Positions 33,726 to 40,151 of a stretch of 64,000 bases of DNA are shown here, piece by piece. The stretch is from Ruthenibacterium lactatiformans. GTDB taxonomy: Bacteria > Actinomycetota > Coriobacteriia > Coriobacteriales > QAMH01. The number at the start of each line of letters is the position of its first letter. Position 1 is the first letter of the stretch. The stretch covers positions 26,222 through 90,221 of the forward strand of contig CAVECB010000004.1 of NCBI GenBank assembly GCA_963614215.1, in the 5' to 3' direction. The notes below the pieces were generated by a model. That model was not told the DNA's origin. It made no database searches and saw nothing but the letters and a program-made list of their open reading frames with translations. Position numbers and translations under genes: made by a program.

Positions 33726-35027
33726 CTACGCCGCCTTGACCTCGGCTTCCTCGACGAGCAGCTTGCCCGCCTTCAGGCGCAGCGCGGCGCAGCGTGCGGC
33801 GTACATCTTGCCCTCGCGGCGGAAATCTCCCATAGCCTGTTTGGCCTGGCCGGGTGCTATGGATTCGAAGAAAGCATCGAGGTCCTCGTCTTCGACGGAC
33901 AGCCCCTTGTGCTTGGCGTAGGCGTTCAACGCAAACTGGCGCGTTAGCTGCCCGCGCACCTGCAAGAGCAGCACGTTGTTCAGCTGGTCTTTCTCGATGC
34001 CCTCGCGCTCCAGATAGTCGTCAAGCGAGATGTTTTCCTCGCGCAGGCGCCGCGTCAGTTGCTCGCGCGCCTCTTTTACCGCGACGCCGTAGACGAGGTC
34101 GGGCACATCCTCATGTAGGCGCTTTGCCAGCTCGCTTGCGGCCAAGGCCTGCGCGCGGCGGCTGTACTCGTCAGCATGGCGCTCCTCCAGCTTTTCTTTT
34201 ACCTTTGCACGCAGGTCGGCCAAGCTCTCCACGCCCGGCATGACGGTTTTGGCCCACGCGTCGTCGGGGACGGGCGGTTGCATGTCGATGATGCGTTTCA
34301 CCGTGACAGTCGTCTCGTAGAGGTCCATGATGGGATTGCCGTCCTCGTCGGTTTCCATCTGCGGGCCTTCGAAGGAAAAGGTCTTCGTTTCGCCCACCTT
34401 CATGCCGATCACAGCGGCGTCGAAGTCGTCGGGCATGGCAAGCGCCCCTGTGTTGTACTCGCGCCCGTCCGTGCACAGCGTCTTCACCCGCTCGCCGTCC
34501 ATGGTAGTCTCCATGGCCAGCTCGACCTTGTCGCCGCGCACCACCGTGTCGTGGGTCTCGTCGGTCACGGCCACGGCGGCCGCCTGCGCCATCTTGGCAA
34601 TCTCCTCGTCGACCTCGGCGCTTTTCACCGCCGATCCAGGCAACGAGATCGACACCGGGCCGTAGTCGTCGAGGGTGAACTCGGGCACGGGCACGCAGAC
34701 CATATGGTAGGTAAATCCGCTCGTCTCGCTTGCGTGCTCCAGGCATTTGTAGACGGGCGTGCCGATGGCGTCGACGCCGGCGGCGGTCAGGGCGAAGGGC
34801 ACGCGGTGGCGCATGATGCCCTCGTCGAAGGTGAAGGCGGCCTCGTCGGCACCCATGTGCCGGCGCAGGAAATCGACCGGCTCGTCTTGGGCGAGGTTTG
34901 CCTTGTAGTCGTTGCGCGCTATCTCGTAGGCGGCGATTTTGGACATCTCCTTGGCGCATTCCTTTGCGTCGAGGGTGACGGAAAGCTCCAGCTTCCCGTC
35001 TTTTTCACGTACTTTTTCGACCTTCAT
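33726..35027 (-). CDS. Trigger-factor-like protein (three-domain layout, lacks the GFRxGxxP ribosome-binding signature)
   Basis: MKVEKVREKDGKLELSVTLD N-terminus. FKBP-like middle (GDKVELAMETTMDGE...VIGMKVGETKTFSF). Helical C-terminal arm. No GFRPGKAP-type motif is visible. Confidence 0.7.
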   Translation of the reverse strand: MKVEKVREKDGKLELSVTLDAKECAKEMSKIAAYEIARNDYKANLAQDEPVDFLRRHMGADEAAFTFDEGIMRHRVPFALTAAGVDAIGTPVYKCLEHASETSGFTYHMVCVPVPEFTLDDYGPVSISLPGSAVKSAEVDEEIAKMAQAAAVAVTDETHDTVVRGDKVELAMETTMDGERVKTLCTDGREYNTGALAMPDDFDAAVIGMKVGETKTFSFEGPQMETDEDGNPIMDLYETTVTVKRIIDMQPPVPDDAWAKTVMPGVESLADLRAKVKEKLEERHADEYSRRAQALAASELAKRLHEDVPDLVYGVAVKEAREQLTRRLREENISLDDYLEREGIEKDQLNNVLLLQVRGQLTRQFALNAYAKHKGLSVEDEDLDAFFESIAPGQAKQAMGDFRREGKMYAARCAALRLKAGKLLVEEAEVKAA

Positions 35028-35043
35028 CGTTTTCTCGCGCCTC

Positions 35044-35868
35044 CTAGTCTTCGCGTATCTGCGGCTCGGGCATGTTCTCGAAGTCGGGAACCTCTACGTC
35101 CTCTTCCGGTTCTTCTACCGGCGCTTGCGGCGGTGCGGCTACGACGGGCTTGCCATCTTCGTCGACCTCGCGCACGATGGCGGTCTCCACGACGCGGCGC
35201 ATGACCTTCACCCGCACGGCGGCACGCCTGGCTGCCTCCACTTGGCCTTTTTCGCGAATCTCGGCTAGGAATTTCTCCGGGTCGGGTGTCGAGAGGTAGT
35301 CGCAGATCTCGTGGTTTCCCACCTGCGTGTTCAAGACGTCGGCCATGATGTCGAGCGCGACGTTCATGCGCATTTGGCGCGAGGTCTCGTCGGCGAGCTT
35401 TGCGTCGTATTGGTCCGGCGTCATATGCTCTTCGCGCAAAAACTGCTCGAAGCTGATGTGCATCTCCTCGAGGCGCTTGGCATTGCCCTCGCGCATGACC
35501 TCGATGTTGTTGGCCAACGTGGCCTCGTCCACGTCGCCTTGCAGGCGCGCGAGCAGCTCGTCGGCACAGTTCTTGAACTTGATGTCGCTATATTCGAACT
35601 CGAGATCGTGGTCGTATTGGTCTTTGATGGCCTGGCGTACGTCCTCGATGGTCTCTAGGCCCTCGAAGTTGGCCTTCACCCAATCGTCGTCGAGATCAGC
35701 GATGCCTTGTATCTTCTTGCCGCCGCTGGCCACGTACTCGAACAGCTGTGCGTCCACGTCTTCTTCCGACAACTCGGGCTTTGCCGGCATATCGATGCGC
35801 ACGTTGTCGTAGTCACTCAGTTTGAAGTCCTTCGGGTCGAGCTCGATGAACTGCTTGGTGTCCGCCAT
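35044..35868 (-). CDS. Trigger-factor C-terminal-domain-like protein (no N-terminal or PPIase domain)
   Basis: 274 aa, acidic and helical: PELSEEDVDAQLFEYV ... VALDIMADVLNTQV. RBS AGGAGGGG before ATG 35868. Sits 16 nt upstream of the TF-like gene on the same strand. Confidence 0.55.
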   Translation of the reverse strand: MADTKQFIELDPKDFKLSDYDNVRIDMPAKPELSEEDVDAQLFEYVASGGKKIQGIADLDDDWVKANFEGLETIEDVRQAIKDQYDHDLEFEYSDIKFKNCADELLARLQGDVDEATLANNIEVMREGNAKRLEEMHISFEQFLREEHMTPDQYDAKLADETSRQMRMNVALDIMADVLNTQVGNHEICDYLSTPDPEKFLAEIREKGQVEAARRAAVRVKVMRRVVETAIVREVDEDGKPVVAAPPQAPVEEPEEDVEVPDFENMPEPQIRED

Positions 35869-36051
35869 AATCCCCTCCTACAGGTCCGGCGCGCCGTTTC
35901 ATGTCCTTTTGTCTGCGTGTAGCCTTGCAGACAGGTGCTCGGCGCTTTTTCGCGCGTGCCAACTCTTTTTTGTGTCGTCTCGCCGTGCGGTCCTCGCATG
36001 CCTCGGGGTCTTTTGCGGCTGTATCCGCAGCAGGCCTCCTTTTCGCGAGAA

Positions 36052-36057
36052 ATCATA
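36052..36057 (-). promoter_or_regulatory. Putative -10 TATGAT (minus strand) for the TF-like gene pair
   Basis: The plus strand reads ATCATA at 36052-36057. About 185 nt upstream of ATG 35868 and immediately downstream (minus sense) of box cluster D. Confidence 0.3.
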
Positions 36058-36060
36058 CGA

Positions 36061-36161
36061 TGATGAACGAGTATGCAGGTGAATTATTCGAGTGCCTGCT
36101 GTAGGGGAGTATGACTTTGAGTACTAGTAGTACGCTTTTCATACTGCGCGGGGCATGGAGT
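36061..36161. promoter_or_regulatory. AT-rich box cluster D: TGATGAACGAGTATGC ... GTAGGGGAGTATGACTTTGAGTACTAGTAGTAC ... TTTTCATACTGC ... CATGGAGT
   Basis: Collinear with cluster A (GTAGGGGAGTA, TTTCATACTGC, CATGGAGT) and with cluster B (TGATGAA..CGAGTA). Confidence 0.5.
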
Positions 36162-36408
36162 CTCGTACGGGCGCGGCTTGGACGGCTTGGGCGGGCACAA
36201 AAAGAAAGGAGCCCGTCCGGGCTCCCTCCTGTCGCATTTGCTTTTGCCAGGCGCGTTTTTCCTTTGCGCGCGCGTAGCCAGCCGGTCCGTGCGGCCCGTG
36301 CCCGCAAGCCCAGGCATCGTAGCGCGGCATCTTGGCCAGCGTGGCCTCTTCGGCGCTCTGGTGCCAGACCGCGCCGGTCTTCGCGACCTTCTTGCGCTTT
36401 CTCGCCAT
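36139..36408 (-). CDS. Small basic protein, unknown function
   Basis: MARKRKKVAKTGAVWHQSAEEATLAKMPRYDAWACGHGPHGPAGYARAKEKR... RBS AAAGGGGGTGAG. Putative -10 TATGAT (minus) at 36448-36453. Confidence 0.5.
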   Translation of the reverse strand: MARKRKKVAKTGAVWHQSAEEATLAKMPRYDAWACGHGPHGPAGYARAKEKRAWQKQMRQEGARTGSFLFVPAQAVQAAPVRDSMPRAV

Positions 36409-36603
36409 GTCGTCTCACCCCCTTTGCCCTCGTGGTCGATGCGGCGCATCATAGCACGCGCCCCGTGCAGCTTGGATTGATGCATTCGCGAAATAGCACC
36501 TTCTCTTTAGCGGTAAATTTGCTATGACTTTACAGTTGTCAGAGAAAGGGCGTGACGAGTCGGGAGGCTGCCAGGGAAGAGGAGCTGAGGGTCTACCAGG
36601 GGC

Positions 36604-37851
36604 TCATGCGAGGTCATTTCCGCCTTTGCTCTCGGTGCCGTAGCGGCGTTGCAGGCGCGCGATGGCCGGCTTTATCGCGATGCCGCAGCAAAGCGACACG
36701 AGCGCGCACACGGGGATGATGGCGAAGTAGGCGTCGTAGGAGCCGCCCGCATCGAAGATGGCCGCCGCCAACACGGGAAAGATCAGGTTGAACGGGGCGA
36801 GCACGAGCGCCGAGATGCCCGTGTTCGTGGCGAGGTTTGCCTGCCCGTAGGTCGTGCGCATGAACGAGGTGTTGATGGCCGAGTACATGCCGTAGACCAG
36901 ACCCGCGGCCAAGACGAGCGCGGCAAACGCCGCTGGCAGGTGCGCGAGATAGCACGGCAGCGTGGCCACCGAGACGGCCAGCCCCAGCGCGGGCAAAAGC
37001 ACCATGGTCTTTGCCTGCCCGAGTCTGTCGTAGACGATGCCGCCCAAAGGCCGCCCCAGCCCGTTGCCCAGCCCCAGCGCGGCCACGGCCGTGGTGGCAA
37101 ACGCAACCGAGGCGCCGATGCCGGTCATCATCACGGACGCCTCGGCGATGATAGCCGCGACCGAGCCCATGAAGAAGCTGCGCCACGCGCAAAAGATCCA
37201 AAACGACGAGCTCGACGCGACCTGCTTGCCCGTCAGCGACAGCCCCGTGTCGCTGCGTTTGGAGCGCAGCGCGGCCACTTTTGGCGGGGGCGTGCGCATG
37301 AAGGCGCAGGCGAGCAGGCTCCACGCGAGAACGGACGCCCCGATGATGGTGAACGCCCAGCGCCAGCCGAGCGCCGAGTATATGAGCAAGGTGGCTACCG
37401 CGCCCAAGACGACCGTGCCCATCCCGAAGCCCATGACGAGAAACCCTGAGGCAAATCCGGCGCGGTCGCCAAACCACGCGAGCACGCTCGTCGTCCAGCT
37501 CGTGTAGGCAAGTCCCACGCCAAAACCGCACAAGACGCCGTAGAGCAGATAGAGATGCCAGGGCTGCGTGACGAAGCGGCAGCACACGAGGCCGGCCACG
37601 ACGAGCAGGCCGCCCAGCAGGAAGACGCGGCGCAGCGGCATGTGCTTGGCCAGCTGCCCGACGCAGGTCATCCCGACCGACAGCGCAATCATGGCCACGG
37701 AAAAGACGAGCGAGGTGGACGCGCGCGACCAGCCGAACTCGGCTTCCAGTGGCGGGATGAAGATGGACCATGCGTAGATGATGCCATACATGAGCATGGT
37801 GACGACGCCCACGACGAGTATGGCGTAGCGGTTGTTCAGTAGTTTTTCCAT
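36604..37851 (-). CDS. MFS transporter, OFA-like (paralogue of 18113-19387)
   Basis: MEKLLNNRYAILVVGVVTMLMYGIIYAWSIFIPPLEAEFGWS is the OFA-type N-terminus, followed by about 12 TM helices. Confidence 0.85.
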   Translation of the reverse strand: MEKLLNNRYAILVVGVVTMLMYGIIYAWSIFIPPLEAEFGWSRASTSLVFSVAMIALSVGMTCVGQLAKHMPLRRVFLLGGLLVVAGLVCCRFVTQPWHLYLLYGVLCGFGVGLAYTSWTTSVLAWFGDRAGFASGFLVMGFGMGTVVLGAVATLLIYSALGWRWAFTIIGASVLAWSLLACAFMRTPPPKVAALRSKRSDTGLSLTGKQVASSSSFWIFCAWRSFFMGSVAAIIAEASVMMTGIGASVAFATTAVAALGLGNGLGRPLGGIVYDRLGQAKTMVLLPALGLAVSVATLPCYLAHLPAAFAALVLAAGLVYGMYSAINTSFMRTTYGQANLATNTGISALVLAPFNLIFPVLAAAIFDAGGSYDAYFAIIPVCALVSLCCGIAIKPAIARLQRRYGTESKGGNDLA

Positions 37852-38102
37852 GTCGGCCCGTCCCCTCAAACGAAAAGCCGTGCGCGTCGGCTTTCTCGCG
37901 GGCGCGTGCGCGGGAGACGCGAGCCCCCCATCCGGCCGCAATCTCGGCACCTATGGTACACCCGTACGCGACAGGCGGGAAAGGCGCGTAGTTGCGGTGT
38001 GTGGCCACGGCGTGGGGCTGCGACAGCGTGCGCGGATGCGCAGGCATGGCGGGGGGGGATCGCGCGCGCCGTGAAAGCGCGGGTCGTTTGAACGGCGCTG
38101 GC

Positions 38103-40151
38103 TCAGGAATCGAGGGCCTGTGCCTGCACTATGGCGCCGCCTTCCAGGTAGACGATGAAGTCGCGCGTCACATGCTCGCCGCCGTATATGTCGGTGACGA
38201 CGCCGTAGACCTGGTAGCGCCCGTCGGGCAGCACTGCCGAGGAAAGCTCCAGCCCGTCGGCAGCCGAGACGGTCGCGCCCTCGGCAAGACGCGTCTCGGC
38301 ATTGCTGCCCCCGCCGCTGTCCTCGCTTGCGCCGCCCGCGTCGGCGCTTTCACCTACGATGCGCTCGACGAGCAGCACGAGCGTGTCGTCTGATTGAATG
38401 TCTTCCAGCCGCCCGGGCGCGCCGGCCTTCTCGGAGGCGACGAAACCCTGCAACGCGTAGGCGCCCGTCTTCGCGTTGAAGGTGAAGCGCAAATCGCCGG
38501 CCTCGCCGTTTCTCTTGACGGGCGCGGAAAAGACCGTGGTGTCGCCCGTGGAGTCGATGGTGTCGCAGGAGAGGAGATGCCCGTTCAAGGCGACCCACTT
38601 CCCGGCAAATCCTATGGTGTAGGCCCCCGTGCCGCGAGACGCTACGTCGTCGGAAAAGCCCAGACAGTCCGCTTCACCACCGTTTCCGCCGCCTTGCCCG
38701 CCGCCGTCTGCGCCTTGCCCGTCTGCGCCGCCGCCCGTATCGCCGTCGAGCCGGTAGACAGCATAGGCCACCTCCTGCACGTAGCGCGTGGACTCGGGGG
38801 CCACGCTGAACTGAAGCGCCCCGCCCTGCACGCTGCCCTCGTCGTTGAAACAAATCTTTTCGCCGCCCGCCGCATCCGCACCTTCGCCGAAATTGTTCCT
38901 CAAAAACAGAGCGTAGGCGCTGTTCGTGGCGCTTGCCAGGTAGTCTTGCAGCGAGTTTGCCGTGCCGGCGGGGAAGTAGACGCTCATGCCGCACGCCCCC
39001 TCGCGATCGGCGCCGTTTGCAGCCCGCGTGCACTCCCCGATTGCGCGCGCCAGCTCCTCGAAGCCCAGATTGCGCGAGAACTGCGAAAGGTCTACGAGCT
39101 CGCTTTGGGTGGCGCCGCGCCCGCTCGCATCCCCAAACCCCATGGCGCCGTCGGCGGCCTGCACCACCTCTTGCAGCGCGCCTTCGCTGCCTTTCTTCGA
39201 GAGCACCTCCTCGCACAGCGCGTCGAAAGCGGTCTCCACCTGCGCAAATTTGCCCAAGTCCACCGCCGAGAGCGTGTAGAGCCGCTTGCCTTTCGCCTCG
39301 TTGCGCGCCTGGTATGCGCTTAGCAGCTTTTCGGTGAAATCGCCGCTGCCGAGGTTTTCGACGAGCGCCGTGTAATCCCAGCCGGCCGCTGGCTCTATTT
39401 CCTCGCTTGCCACCATCTGCTGCGCGTGCGGAGCGACCACGCGCATGGTCTCGAAGCCGCCCATCAGGCAGGCGTCAAAGCATACGGTGGTGAAGTGCGC
39501 GTCTGCCGCATCGAGCGCCTGCCCCAGCTCGGCGGCGCTCAAAGCGTCCATGCTGTGGTTTTCGTCGGCGCACACGCCTTTCACGCTGCCTGCCCCGTGA
39601 TCCCACAGCAGCAAGGTGGAGTTGTCGGCCGGGTACTCGCGGGCGCAAAACTCCAGAAACGAGGCCAGCGTGTCCGCATCGCCCATGCTCGCGTTTGCCT
39701 CACGCCCCACCTCGACGAGCCGGCCGCCGCGCAGCTCGTAGCGCACGAGCGCATCTGAGGGGATGTCGTGTCCGCGCCACTTGCGCGCACCGCCCGTCTC
39801 CACCACGACGGCGGTGCCATCCGGCATGTGCGCGCCCAGCATTTCGTCGATGTTGGCCGTGGCGATGGCGCTTTTCGTCTCCAGAGTCGAGCCGCACATG
39901 TAGATGTAGAGGGCGCATGCATAACGCCCGTCCGCGCTGCCGCCCGCACATGTCTTCACCAGCGCACACGCCCCGAAGAAAAGCGCGCACGCCCCGAGCG
40001 CGGCCACGGCGACGAGCGCAGCATGCCCGATGCTTTTTCCGATGCCGATCCGCGCCGCCCCCGCGCGCGTCCCCGCGTCGCCGTTCGCCTTGGCTGTTTG
40101 TCCCGCCGCGCCCCGCGCCTTCACCCGTGGCGCCTGCCCCGTCTTGTTCAA
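38103..40151 (-). CDS. Clostripain-family (C11) cysteine peptidase with an N-terminal TM anchor and C-terminal beta-rich domains
   Basis: Catalytic-dyad contexts LLLWDHGAGS (His) and VCFDACLMGG (Cys). TM helix HAALVAVAALGACALFFGACAL. The start is uncertain: TTG at 40151 (stop/start overlap TTGA, preceded by GAAGAAGGCGAG) is preferred over ATG 40262, which would overlap the upstream gene by 115 nt. Confidence 0.75.
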   Translation of the reverse strand: MNKTGQAPRVKARGAAGQTAKANGDAGTRAGAARIGIGKSIGHAALVAVAALGACALFFGACALVKTCAGGSADGRYACALYIYMCGSTLETKSAIATANIDEMLGAHMPDGTAVVVETGGARKWRGHDIPSDALVRYELRGGRLVEVGREANASMGDADTLASFLEFCAREYPADNSTLLLWDHGAGSVKGVCADENHSMDALSAAELGQALDAADAHFTTVCFDACLMGGFETMRVVAPHAQQMVASEEIEPAAGWDYTALVENLGSGDFTEKLLSAYQARNEAKGKRLYTLSAVDLGKFAQVETAFDALCEEVLSKKGSEGALQEVVQAADGAMGFGDASGRGATQSELVDLSQFSRNLGFEELARAIGECTRAANGADREGACGMSVYFPAGTANSLQDYLASATNSAYALFLRNNFGEGADAAGGEKICFNDEGSVQGGALQFSVAPESTRYVQEVAYAVYRLDGDTGGGADGQGADGGGQGGGNGGEADCLGFSDDVASRGTGAYTIGFAGKWVALNGHLLSCDTIDSTGDTTVFSAPVKRNGEAGDLRFTFNAKTGAYALQGFVASEKAGAPGRLEDIQSDDTLVLLVERIVGESADAGGASEDSGGGSNAETRLAEGATVSAADGLELSSAVLPDGRYQVYGVVTDIYGGEHVTRDFIVYLEGGAIVQAQALDS

